Counted from the stretch's first letter, positions 7,437 through 16,602 are shown. The stretch is DNA of 18,595 nucleotides from Elainellaceae cyanobacterium (GCA_051117555.1 JBNPEG010000251.1:1-18595), one strand, 5' to 3'. The notes: generated by a model from the sequence alone, not told the origin. Numbers and translations: made by a program.

Positions 7437-7931
7437 CTACCATCCCCAGGTTCCCATTCCCCCCTTAAATGGACCCACGATGTCGCTTGTAATCCAACCG
7501 CCATAAAAATCGCCCGCCTGGGACTGCACCTGCTCGTCATCGACATAACATGCATCCATCCGACTCGGATAAAATGCAACATGGTTTTTCAAAGACGCAA
7601 AGGCTGGCGTAGGATCGGGATATGTCCAAGCAGCATTCTGCTCCTGGCGATCGCCCACCGTCACCGTATAATAGGCTGCCTGCCCTTTCCACTCACAATA
7701 GGTTGAGCGTGGCGTTGAGACGAGATAGTCCTGATTAATATCGTCGAGCGGAATGTAATAAACGGGTGGATGACTCGTTTCTAGCACTCGCTTAGCACGA
7801 TGGGTATCAGCAATGGTGACTCCATTAAAAATGACGCGGATATGACGCGACGAATCTTCAAGGCGAGGTGGACGAGGATAATCCCAAACGGATTCCTGAC
7901 CCGGACCTGGCTCAATTCGTTGCAGTGGCAT
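7437..7931 (-). CDS. DUF427 family protein
   Basis: ESVWDYPRPP, RVLETSHPPVYYIP, CEWKGQAAYY, AAWTYPDP, FYGGWIT and GPFKG motifs; SD AGGAG. Confidence 0.9.
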   Translation of the reverse strand: MPLQRIEPGPGQESVWDYPRPPRLEDSSRHIRVIFNGVTIADTHRAKRVLETSHPPVYYIPLDDINQDYLVSTPRSTYCEWKGQAAYYTVTVGDRQEQNAAWTYPDPTPAFASLKNHVAFYPSRMDACYVDDEQVQSQAGDFYGGWITSDIVGPFKGGMGTWGW

Positions 7932-7985
7932 AACATCTCCTAACGTTGCAGATTGAAGGTTGTAGAATATTGGGATGGCTAATTG

Positions 7986-8534
7986 TCATCCTTCTGCCAT
8001 TCTGTCATGAACCAGTAAGGGGCGATCGCCATCCAGATATCTGGATGATGCAAGTGGTGACATAGGCTGAACCCTGCCTCGATGAACATCTCCACCATTG
8101 CTCTGCTGCACTGCATCAATTTTTTGATTTAGCTTACGAATCCGTCGAGATAACAGTCGAATAATATTAATCGCGATTCCGGGGGTTTCGTCAATTGCCT
8201 CATATAACTGCTGCTGAGTCAGAGTTAAACACTCACAAGGTTCTAGCGTCGTGATAGATGCTGAACGTGGCTCCGCGTCAAATACGGCCATTTCGCCAAA
8301 ACAAGCGCCATGTTCAAGCTTTGCCAATGTGCGATCGCCAATGTGAACTTTGACTTTTCCTGAAACCAAGATATAAAGCGATTGACCTTCTTGCCCTTGA
8401 GTGAAGATGGTGTGATCAATGGGAAACGCGAGTTCATCCATGATTGCCGCTAACCGCACCAAAAAATCATCCCGCAATTCTTGAAAAATCGGAACTCCCC
8501 GAACAAATAGTAAGCGCTCAACGCTGTTTAGCAT
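7986..8534 (-). CDS. cyclic nucleotide-binding (cNMP/CAP-ED) domain protein, no evident HTH
   Basis: VERLLFVRGVPIF, IFTQGQEGQSLYILVSGKV and phosphate-binding cassette FGEMAVFDAEPRSASI. Confidence 0.9.
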   Translation of the reverse strand: MLNSVERLLFVRGVPIFQELRDDFLVRLAAIMDELAFPIDHTIFTQGQEGQSLYILVSGKVKVHIGDRTLAKLEHGACFGEMAVFDAEPRSASITTLEPCECLTLTQQQLYEAIDETPGIAINIIRLLSRRIRKLNQKIDAVQQSNGGDVHRGRVQPMSPLASSRYLDGDRPLLVHDRMAEG

Positions 8535-8681
8535 AAAAAGTTAAGATCGACGATTCTGGAATACTCCAAACTAATATTCACAGTAATCTTAGAAATCTTT
8601 ATTAGCAAATTGGTAGCCAAGCGTCTCTGTGAGAACCAGCAGAGACTATCCATGCACCAGCAGTTAAGCCGAGCGCGATCA

Positions 8682-11600
8682 CTATCCAAATCTAAGCTCG
8701 GGTGAATCAGTTAAACTCTGAGTGCTTCCACGAAAGCCATTTGACCTATCCTTATCATCCGTTGGCTCAAGTCCTAGCTCTGCCATCATTTTTTGGACTT
8801 GAGCCGACACTAAGCGATCGGAGTCATGCTCCATAATGGGCAGCAGATTATGGAGTGCTCTAGGAGATGCCATCTGCAAATAGTGCAATACGGCCTCTCG
8901 TACAAACCCGACAGGATGATGCAGGCCAGCAAGAATATGCTCGGTCGTCAAACTCCAGTGAGCCCGTCTAGCCAGATGGAAGCAACAGGCAAGCACCCAA
9001 TCGGATAGGAAGTGACGCAAATCAAGCAGATAACGCAATCGCTGACTTGGAGACATCGGTTCATAGTCAACAATATCAGATAGATTCTGAAGCTTTTCAT
9101 CATTGGGTCGCCGATCGAGGATGCTTAACAGCGCCTTCTTACAGGGTAAATCGATGGCATTATCAAGAATTTCTAATGCGCGGGCGACGCTATTTGCAGA
9201 CTCAGACTGTAAATTAAACGCGGCTGCCTGAATTGAACTCGATGGATATAGAAATCTCATCAGCAAGAAGAGACGCTCAATGACATCGCGTTCTAAATTG
9301 TTGAGTGCTCGTCGCAATAGTTCGGCCTCCTGCTCGTCAATATATTGAGGAGATAAATCAACCAAACTCCCGTAAATTTGCCCCAATAACATCATCTCTT
9401 GATGTATTAGAGCTTCTACGCCTCGCCGTCCTAACACATCTGCTACGGCATCGACCCCCTTTTCTTGAGGCAGTTTCAGCAATGTTCTCAGTAAACTTCG
9501 ACGAGCAGTTCCCCACGATGAATTCAAATGATTTACGAGTACATCGACCGCATCAGGAGTGCCGATTTGTCCAATAACAGACCAAGCACACGTGCGAACG
9601 ATATCGGGCTTATAAGGATCTTCTGCTGCTTCGACTAACCAAGGAATTGCATCACTATCAAGCCTGATCAACGACCGCATTGCAGCATCTCGCGTCGATT
9701 TGTAATAGAGTCCGCGAATTAAGCAGGGATAATATTCTTCTAAATGGGTTGCGGCGATCGCCTCTAGTAGAGCACATCGAACTCGCAGCGAATCATCCTG
9801 CAAAAGAGGTTCGATATAAAGTCGCAAAGCCTGAAGATACGTTGCATCCCCTAATGCTCGACATGCCATGACCCTTTCTCGTTCGTATTTATTAGTTAGC
9901 ATCCGGCGCAAAAGATCAGTTGCTTCTGCCTTTTGAAGAGAATTGCCATGGCGCAATAGAAGCGCTGCTGCCGTTCCTCTGATAGCTGAGTCAACGTCTG
10001 CCTCTAGATGTGGAAGAAGATCTTGAACATTGGGACTCGGATGGGTTCGCCAAATGTAGCGGAGTGCCAACGCAAACGTATCAGGGGAAAGAGGCTGTCG
10101 AAGAAGTGATTGCACATATTCGAGACTGGCAGCATTCGGATAATTGAGCATTGCCTCTAGACTCTTAAATTGGAGACGAGGACTTAAGCTAGCCAGTCGA
10201 GGGGCGACAACATCCCCAATATGTTTGGGATCGATATGTTCGAGCAGTTCAATGCAGGATTGTTTATCCGCTTCTGAACTAGGCCGCTCCAGTGCATCAA
10301 TGACCGATCGCTTAAAGGCATGAAGATCAACCTCGTGTAAACTCAGTTGCCCCCTCTCCGCACTTAGCACCAATAATCCAACATATCGACTGCGAAGCAA
10401 AAATACTGCGACTAACCAAATCCCAGCGAAGAGCGTAATCTGTGCCAGAAAGATGCGATTAAGGGTGCCCTGGACAAACAACTCATTCGCAGACGGTAAT
10501 ACCCAATGAAAAAACCAAATCGTAAGGAGAATTCCGGCTCCAGTTAATCCCGTCGATAACGGTTCGGCAAAGCCTCGTACGTCTGACTCAATTCGACTTC
10601 GCAACCGATCTGGAATCGCTTGAAAGAGAACGGGGGCCATTCCAGCGACGAGGGTATATCGCAGTAGCTCATCGACAAATTTCAGCGTAATCACGCCAAC
10701 AAATAAACCAACTAACCCAATTAGGGAAAGGAATCCTAACCCTAGGATTAGCAATGGAGGAAGCAATGCAATTTTAAACACCCCCATGCGCTCAATCATT
10801 CGACTCGACACAAACCATTGCGTCAGCAGTTCAAAAATACCGAGAGTGCCGCTAAATAACCCGATAAAGTCTGCGATATTTCCTGCATTGAGATTGAGGT
10901 TTTGTTCTAACTGTCTCAGGTATTGAAAATCAAGCAGGAGTGACAAGACCTGAGCCATAACGAAGAATGTAATGACTAGCACGACATAGCGATAAAGCGG
11001 ACCTTGCAACCGCCGAGTCGTGAAGTCCGTTTGCTTTTCGTGTAAGGTTCGCCTCGGTAAATCTGGAAACGATTGCTGATAGGTTTGGCCGATGTAGTAA
11101 AGAATGCCACCTCCAATCAGGAGCATGATACATGCAACTAAAATGACATTCTCCAACCCCACAAGTTGCCGCAATACGGGCATTGAAAACCCGCTGAGTA
11201 CGTCAGCTAGCAAAATACCGCTGCTAATTAAAGGATAGGCACGTTTAATTTCTCGAATATTGAACAGTTGATTTGCTGTAATTGACGTATTGAGTTCATT
11301 GAGGATATAGATTGCTTCTAGCCACAGCCGCATCAAAAAAATGGCATAGCCGCCTAGAAAGATTGGATTGAGCCCAATGCGGAAGAGGAAAAGTGGAACC
11401 GCCATGAGCACCGGAATGACAACAATGACATGGCGAAGCAATAGAGTTTTCTGAAGTCGCGAGTAGACGAACCCCAAAACAGTTCCCATTCCGGCACTGG
11501 CGATATAAACCCACGGAAGAGAATTAGCGCCGTATTCTCCCAAAAATAAGGCTGATGCACTGAACTCTAGCCACAGAATGCCTACACAAATGCACGTATA

Positions 11601-11717
11601 AAACGCAAACATTAGGAACGTTCGTCCACTTTCCTCAGGACGAAGATTGAACCAGTTTAGTAGCCTCCGTCTTACTGGAGTGATATTGGGGGTAGAAGCT
11701 CTCCTGTTTGCGTCCAT
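8682..11717 (-). CDS. NTT/TLC-like MFS transporter fused to HEAT repeats
   Basis: N-terminal ~445 aa multi-TM region with LFLGEYGANSLPWVY and ANQLFNIREIKRAYPLI motifs; C-terminal HEAT-like repeats (LQDDSLRVRCALLEAIA, HPVGFVREAVL, DSDRLV). Confidence 0.85.
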   Translation of the reverse strand: MDANRRASTPNITPVRRRLLNWFNLRPEESGRTFLMFAFYTCICVGILWLEFSASALFLGEYGANSLPWVYIASAGMGTVLGFVYSRLQKTLLLRHVIVVIPVLMAVPLFLFRIGLNPIFLGGYAIFLMRLWLEAIYILNELNTSITANQLFNIREIKRAYPLISSGILLADVLSGFSMPVLRQLVGLENVILVACIMLLIGGGILYYIGQTYQQSFPDLPRRTLHEKQTDFTTRRLQGPLYRYVVLVITFFVMAQVLSLLLDFQYLRQLEQNLNLNAGNIADFIGLFSGTLGIFELLTQWFVSSRMIERMGVFKIALLPPLLILGLGFLSLIGLVGLFVGVITLKFVDELLRYTLVAGMAPVLFQAIPDRLRSRIESDVRGFAEPLSTGLTGAGILLTIWFFHWVLPSANELFVQGTLNRIFLAQITLFAGIWLVAVFLLRSRYVGLLVLSAERGQLSLHEVDLHAFKRSVIDALERPSSEADKQSCIELLEHIDPKHIGDVVAPRLASLSPRLQFKSLEAMLNYPNAASLEYVQSLLRQPLSPDTFALALRYIWRTHPSPNVQDLLPHLEADVDSAIRGTAAALLLRHGNSLQKAEATDLLRRMLTNKYERERVMACRALGDATYLQALRLYIEPLLQDDSLRVRCALLEAIAATHLEEYYPCLIRGLYYKSTRDAAMRSLIRLDSDAIPWLVEAAEDPYKPDIVRTCAWSVIGQIGTPDAVDVLVNHLNSSWGTARRSLLRTLLKLPQEKGVDAVADVLGRRGVEALIHQEMMLLGQIYGSLVDLSPQYIDEQEAELLRRALNNLERDVIERLFLLMRFLYPSSSIQAAAFNLQSESANSVARALEILDNAIDLPCKKALLSILDRRPNDEKLQNLSDIVDYEPMSPSQRLRYLLDLRHFLSDWVLACCFHLARRAHWSLTTEHILAGLHHPVGFVREAVLHYLQMASPRALHNLLPIMEHDSDRLVSAQVQKMMAELGLEPTDDKDRSNGFRGSTQSLTDSPELRFG

Positions 11718-11959
11718 GCAGCCTTAAATACTTACGTTTAGACGTTTTGATGTCTTCATCTAAGCACGATATGTAAGAGTGCTTGATTAATCTGAATTAT
11801 TTGAGTAAAGGTGTAAAGACAAACCAGGGATGCAACGGCATCAAATAGACCCTATCTTCAATCGCAATCTGGCGACTCGGTGTTATTGGAAGGCATAGGT
11901 TCACAACATCTTAAACGGACTGACTGCGATTATATGCAAAACCATCCTATGCAGGAATA

Positions 11960-12099
11960 CGGGCATCTTGCCCGCGTTGGCAACGCCTCTCCATCAGGAG
12001 AAGCGAGACGCTGATGCGATGCATCGCTAGAGCGTTGGCGTAGCCTTGCCATCGGCAAAACGCACTGGAGATTTTTACACATCATTTGGGACTGCTATA
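11960..12099. repeat. cluster of small palindromic elements ending in a MITE-type terminal repeat
   Basis: CGGGCA-TCT-TGCCCG (11960-11974); double hairpins at 11975-12003 and 12033-12060; palindrome GCGATGCATCGC (12016-12027); TACACATCATTTGGGACTGCTATA (12076-12099) resembles the right end of the 3572-3659 element. Confidence 0.65.
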
Positions 12100-12145
12100 G
12101 AATGCCCAAATCGAGACAATTTGATAACAATTGGGCTGAAATTAC

Positions 12146-12176
12146 AAAAACTAGCCCCACACTTAGCTAGGGGCTA
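12146..12176 (-). terminator. intrinsic terminator downstream of infC
   Basis: Minus strand reads TAGCCCC-TAGCTAAGTGT-GGGGCTA-GTTTTT. Confidence 0.75.
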
Positions 12177-12189
12177 ATCACAACAGAAT

Positions 12190-12260
12190 AGGTTGGCTCC
12201 ATACCTCAGGCAAGCGACTCCGCCTGGTAAACCCGCTTCAGAGTACCTGGCTTAGCTCAA
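12190..12260 (-). ncRNA. candidate structured RNA in the infC 3' region
   Basis: Minus-strand stems CAGGU/GCCUG, ACUCUG/CGGAGU and AGGU…ACCU, directly before the terminator. Confidence 0.35.
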
Positions 12261-12311
12261 TCGGTTCTTCGCTCGCTTTAACTATCGAGGCGTCCAAACA
12301 CACCCATGCCC

Positions 12312-12851
12312 TCAGGCTTTCTTTGGAGCAAGGAGCATCATCATATTGCGCCCCTCTCGTTTGGGTGCTTGCTGAACTTCAGCGACTGCTTCTAAGTCAG
12401 TAGCAAGTTGCTTAAGAAGCGTTTCAGCTAAATCTGAATGCTGAATCTCTCGTCCCCTAAACATCACTGTCGCTTTGACTTTATCTCCCGATTTCAGAAA
12501 CCGTTGGGCTTGATTGAGGCGCACTTTGTAGTCATGATCCCCAATCTTGTAACGCATTTTAACCTCTTTCACATCAGAGGTATGCTGTTTCTTTCGAGCC
12601 TCACGAGCCTTTTTCTCTTGCTCAAACTTATATTTTCCATAATCGATGATTCGGCAGACGGGTGGATCTGCCTTGTCGCTGACTAGAACCAAATCTAAAT
12701 CCTTCTCTTCAGCCATTTCCAAGGCTTGTGAAGGTTTCATGATTCCAAGCTGAGCGCCATCGGTATCAATGACTCGAATCTCTGGGAATCGAATGCGTTC
12801 ATTAATGGTGGGGAGGTCCCGTTTCTGACGATTCTGTTTGGTCAAAGCCAT
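12312..12851 (-). CDS. infC: translation initiation factor IF-3
   Basis: [50 protein letters not shown] and [11 protein letters not shown] motifs. Confidence 0.98.
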   Translation of the reverse strand: MALTKQNRQKRDLPTINERIRFPEIRVIDTDGAQLGIMKPSQALEMAEEKDLDLVLVSDKADPPVCRIIDYGKYKFEQEKKAREARKKQHTSDVKEVKMRYKIGDHDYKVRLNQAQRFLKSGDKVKATVMFRGREIQHSDLAETLLKQLATDLEAVAEVQQAPKREGRNMMMLLAPKKA

Positions 12852-13208
12852 GAGCAGTGCTGTAATGTTTGGCAGTTTATCTGGTGTTTGACGAAGGTTT
12901 ATAAACGAAAGCTTCAGTTAATTCAAAGCGTTTGAACTGACTGAACACCCCATTAGGGATAACGACTATGGTATTAGATCCTGCTGAATATGAGGAGAGC
13001 GAAATAGATTTTGTTACTCGCTATTTTATCCGCTTCGTTTTGGGTTTTGTCTACTAACTTATGAAAGACTTAAACACTTGTAATGGAGGGCCTTTATTGG
13101 ATGCAGTGGATTAGTGTGCGATTTGATTGAAATGGGTTTACTAAACGAGGCATTACTGTTTCAAGTCCTCTAATCCACGCCTTGTTCACCCGGTTAATAG
13201 TGCAGACT

Positions 13209-13940
13209 ATGTTGCAAAATTATGGCGCCCAGTGGGTTCGATTTCATAAATCTATCTTCAACTTATTTTTAGAATCTCGATGTGCTCTTTGTGAGCGGTC
13301 TAGTTGCGAAGATTTGTGTCTCGATTGCCAGCGTCAGATTCAGCAATGCCAGATTTCTAGTCGCGATCGCTTTTGGAATGAGCCAATCCCTGTGTTTCCG
13401 TGGGGTAATTATTCTGGAGCCTTAAAACGAGCGATCGCCGCTCTCAAATATCAGCAGCATACCCAACTTGCGAGACCATTGGGCTACTGGCTCGGTCAGG
13501 CCTGGCTAGCTTCTCCCCCGTCGAGGCATCGCTCCGTGATAGTGGTGCCGATTCCGATGCATAAACGCAAGCAGCAGCAACGAGGCTATAACCAAGCTGA
13601 CCTACTAGCGCGAGCGTTCTGCCGTGCTACTCGACTGCCGCTCAACTCTCAAGGACTAGTTAGAACACGCGCAACAGATGCTCAATTTGGCTTATCGCCT
13701 GACGAACGAGAACAGAATTTAGCGCATGCCTTTCAGTTGGGATCGGCTTGGATGCATCGTCGTCCTCAGCACGCCGTCTTGTTGCTTGATGATATCTATA
13801 CGACCGGCGCAACGACTAGAGCGGCTGTGCAGGTCTTGCGGCACCACGGTATTGCGGTCTGTGGGCTAGTTGCATTAGCACGCCCCGCGTATTCCCGAGA
13901 TGAACAAGCCCAACAAGCGCGTCGCCAACGCGATATCTAA
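13209..13940 (+). CDS. comF: ComF family protein (zinc ribbon + phosphoribosyltransferase domain)
   Basis: CALC…LCLDC, ALKY, VVPIPMH, RGYNQA and VLLLDDIYTTGAT motifs; first ATG at 13209 (the ORF track starts at TTG 13182). Confidence 0.9.
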   Translation: MLQNYGAQWVRFHKSIFNLFLESRCALCERSSCEDLCLDCQRQIQQCQISSRDRFWNEPIPVFPWGNYSGALKRAIAALKYQQHTQLARPLGYWLGQAWLASPPSRHRSVIVVPIPMHKRKQQQRGYNQADLLARAFCRATRLPLNSQGLVRTRATDAQFGLSPDEREQNLAHAFQLGSAWMHRRPQHAVLLLDDIYTTGATTRAAVQVLRHHGIAVCGLVALARPAYSRDEQAQQARRQRDI

Positions 13941-13959
13941 TGAAATTTTAATGAAATTT

Positions 13960-14322
13960 TTAAGTTGGATGAGCTATTGAGCGCGTGGGAGGAATCCCTT
14001 CGCCGCCAAAAATTGGAGCCGGGTCAAGTCCCGTAATTTGCTGAAACTGTTCTGGCGTGATTGTGCTGATAATCGGCTGACTTTCCCAGGCTTTCAGTGT
14101 ATCGTGAGCTTGAGTTAGGAAATCTAAACCTCGCACCAATGGCACGCTCGACCAGTGATCCACTAGCGTTTCTGTGAGAGCTAGCTCAATCAGCGGGGCT
14201 GGATAGCACTGCAGCAAACTCTCTAGGTATGTATCAAATCGACTGATCTCATTGCCGTGGAGTTGATAGCTGCTTACAATATGCTTGACTCGTTGTCGAC
14301 CCAATCTCTCCTGGAGCTCCAT
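13960..14322 (-). CDS. hypothetical protein (cyanobacterial type)
   Basis: 120-aa ORF with GAGG upstream of the ATG; ITPEQFQQITGLDPAPIF C-terminal block looks like a conserved motif. Confidence 0.7.
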   Translation of the reverse strand: MELQERLGRQRVKHIVSSYQLHGNEISRFDTYLESLLQCYPAPLIELALTETLVDHWSSVPLVRGLDFLTQAHDTLKAWESQPIISTITPEQFQQITGLDPAPIFGGEGIPPTRSIAHPT

Positions 14323-14530
14323 TAGAACCTCATCCAGAACCTACCGTCAGGATATTGACATCCTGCCTATTTTAATCACCTTGGGGCATTTGGGACTATA
14401 TTAAACGACTCTTGCGTCGTTTAGGGGGAAATGTATCAGGGGCGATCGCCCAAAAAATATGATTTCTCCAGAAAGCATTCATTTTTGGATGGGAGAACTG
14501 ATATAAAGGATTGGCATTCACAGTAACTCA

Positions 14531-15076
14531 ATGACCCTCATGAAAAAGCTTGTATCGCCTTCCTACTCTACATCAAGCACAATTGCAGCACTCATCACTG
14601 GATTGGCAGCCTCACTGTTCATAACCCCGCTTGCGATGGCAAATCCATACGAGCGCTGCACTGACAGTCTTATAGGGGCAGGAGTCTCTGAATCTGACGC
14701 AGCCTCTGCGTGTGCTGCATCCCTTGAACCGCGTGACTTGGCAGGCTGCGTAGCCAGAATCAGCGACGGAACCCCCATCTCTTCAACGGAAGCTCTGGCA
14801 GGATGTCGACGGGTTCGTCGCCCCATTGACATGGCAAGCTGCGTCGTCGACATTGAGGGAGATGTTGAGGGGGCAGAACCGCTCGATGTCCTTGAGCGGT
14901 GTCGTCGGAGTTTGCTGCCCGATCAATATTCTGACTGCGTAGTTGGTCTGAATGCAGAAACTGCGCTCTCTGCAACTGACGTGTTACAAACATGCGTTGC
15001 AGCCGACTATAATCGCCCGGTTGAGTTTCCGGCTGATTTTCTTCCTCGGCCTGTGATCGACCCCTCAGACTTGTAG
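14531..15076 (+). CDS. exported hypothetical protein with four two-Cys repeats
   Basis: Signal peptide ending AMA-N; 8 Cys arranged in four repeats of about 31 aa. Confidence 0.8.
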   Translation: MTLMKKLVSPSYSTSSTIAALITGLAASLFITPLAMANPYERCTDSLIGAGVSESDAASACAASLEPRDLAGCVARISDGTPISSTEALAGCRRVRRPIDMASCVVDIEGDVEGAEPLDVLERCRRSLLPDQYSDCVVGLNAETALSATDVLQTCVAADYNRPVEFPADFLPRPVIDPSDL

Positions 15077-15104
15077 TAATTTTCAATTGCGCTAAGTACA
15101 GAAA

Positions 15105-15135
15105 TGGTGGTGGGCGCCGCGCCCCCCACCACTCA
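15105..15135. terminator. GC-rich REP-like hairpin between convergent genes
   Basis: TGGTGG-T-GGGCG-CCG-CGCCC-C-CCACCA; shares CCCACCACTCA with the 3604-3639 hairpin. Confidence 0.5.
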
Positions 15136-15251
15136 ATCAAACCGTGAAGTTGTTTCTTTACGGCCTCTAATCAGTCCGTCAAGATTGCAAACTGTGCTCT
15201 ATCGGCATCAGTACAGAATGTGGATTTATCCGTGACCCGGCGAAGTTGGAG

Positions 15252-16274
15252 CTAGTTTACTGGAATTCGATAGCTCTGTTCATTGTCATTGACCGCGTCG
15301 TCTGCCTCGCCGACCTGGACACGCTGGCGGGCCCAGCGGTGACAGTCGCGATCTTGCCCTCGAATTTCATCACGAGTGCGGCAGAACTCATAGGCCACTT
15401 GCTCGGCCAAACTGTCCGGAAGCTGTGCCTGCTTGCGGAGGGCTTGCTGAAAGAACTGTTCGCTTTCTTCTAAGTTTCCTTGCAGTCTCAGAATTTGGGC
15501 TTTGAGGTAATACAAATCGGGGTTGTCAGGAGTTTCTTGCAGCGCTCTGTCGACATATTCGATTGCTTTGTCTTCCTGGCGCAGGTCACGATAGGCGATC
15601 GCCACTCCGCGATTCACTAAATAGGTCGGTGCACCATACGCTTGCAGGCGCTCAATGGCTTGATCAGGGCTGCTAAACGGTAGATTGACCGCAAGCATCA
15701 AATCCATATAGCCCTTAATCAAATTCAATTCTGAGTCTGTCGAGTCAATGCTTTCTGCCTGGCCTAGGTTGTCAAAGACCTGACGCAGCTTGCTCAGAAC
15801 GGTCGGGGTTGCTCGTACTGTGCCTTGAGTCGAGATCACGTATGCCCCTTCCATGAAATGTCCGATGGCAGTGTAAAGGTATCCCCGTAAGGGATCATCG
15901 GCAATCAACCGATCGGCACTCTCAAGAGTTAAACGTGCATTTTCGGAGAGCGCGTCCCAATCTTCATCCAAATAGGCGAGCGATGCTTTCATGGCGTGGG
16001 TCATTGGCTCATCGGATGCCGCAGCTTGGAGGTGTTGCTCGGCAGTGCGATAATCCCCTTTGACAAACATTGCATCAAAGGCTGCTTCGGTTTGTCCATC
16101 AAATTCTCGAGTGTTGGTGGTGCGAAACGGATCGGCAAATGCCGGATTAACCCACATGCTGAGGGCGATCGCCACAGTTCCAAGGGTTGCAGAGGCAAAC
16201 TGCTTGATTCGGCGATGTGCATTAGATGGAGATTTCGATGTTGAAAGGAGCATAGATGGTGTGTGTCGTGTCAT
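15252..16274 (-). CDS. Sll0314/Alr1548-type TPR-containing exported protein
   Basis: Signal peptide ending AFA-DPFR; DPLRGYLY, ELNLIKGYMDLMLAVNLPF and TPR-like PDNPDLYYLKAQIL segments. Start uncertain (TTG 16277, ATG 16274 or ATG 16253). Confidence 0.8.
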   Translation of the reverse strand: MTRHTPSMLLSTSKSPSNAHRRIKQFASATLGTVAIALSMWVNPAFADPFRTTNTREFDGQTEAAFDAMFVKGDYRTAEQHLQAAASDEPMTHAMKASLAYLDEDWDALSENARLTLESADRLIADDPLRGYLYTAIGHFMEGAYVISTQGTVRATPTVLSKLRQVFDNLGQAESIDSTDSELNLIKGYMDLMLAVNLPFSSPDQAIERLQAYGAPTYLVNRGVAIAYRDLRQEDKAIEYVDRALQETPDNPDLYYLKAQILRLQGNLEESEQFFQQALRKQAQLPDSLAEQVAYEFCRTRDEIRGQDRDCHRWARQRVQVGEADDAVNDNEQSYRIPVN

Positions 16275-16287
16275 CAACCAAAACTAT

Positions 16288-16307
16288 TATGTAAACGTCG
16301 ATACATA
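16288..16307. promoter_or_regulatory. NtcA-binding site (GTA-N8-TAC)
   Basis: TATGTA-AACGTCGA-TACATA, matching the extended TGTA-N8-TACA consensus, in a divergent intergenic region. Confidence 0.6.
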
Positions 16308-16413
16308 TTAAACAACGTGAATCGTAGAATCTTCACGTTAGAAACACCCACGGTTTACCCTGCGCGAATCACAATATCATCAACTTACCCGATGAGTCTA
16401 CCGCAGAGTTTTG

Positions 16414-16469
16414 GAGCCCTACGGGCTCAGATTTGCGTGGTGAACCCGCGTGGCGCGCGGGTTCACCAC
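16414..16469. repeat. two GC-rich hairpins
   Basis: GAGCCC-TAC-GGGCTC (16414-16428) and a perfect 14-bp stem GTGGTGAACCCGCG-TGGCG-CGCGGGTTCACCAC (16437-16469). Confidence 0.75.
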
Positions 16470-16602
16470 ACGTTTAGCGTCCTAACGCGAGAACGTAAGG
16501 CAATATTGGATCGGAGGGATTGAATCGGCAGAGAAATGGGCGATCGCCCTTGAATGCACGTTGCGGGATATGTCTGCCTTTAATAAATTCAGACTTAAGT
16601 AC

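Noticed and set aside
8826..11560. Several short alternative-frame or antisense ORFs inside the NTT-HEAT gene
   Set aside because: Shadow ORFs of a long, well-supported CDS.
12180..12305. Possible 6S (ssaA) or SRP RNA
   Set aside because: Lacks the long closed 6S rod and the SRP helix-8 motif as I recall them; kept only as an unnamed candidate.
14563..16523. Antisense or overlapping ORFs across the Cys-repeat and TPR genes, including 16263-16523
   Set aside because: Shadow ORFs, or ORFs running through hairpins and regulatory DNA, with no protein motifs.
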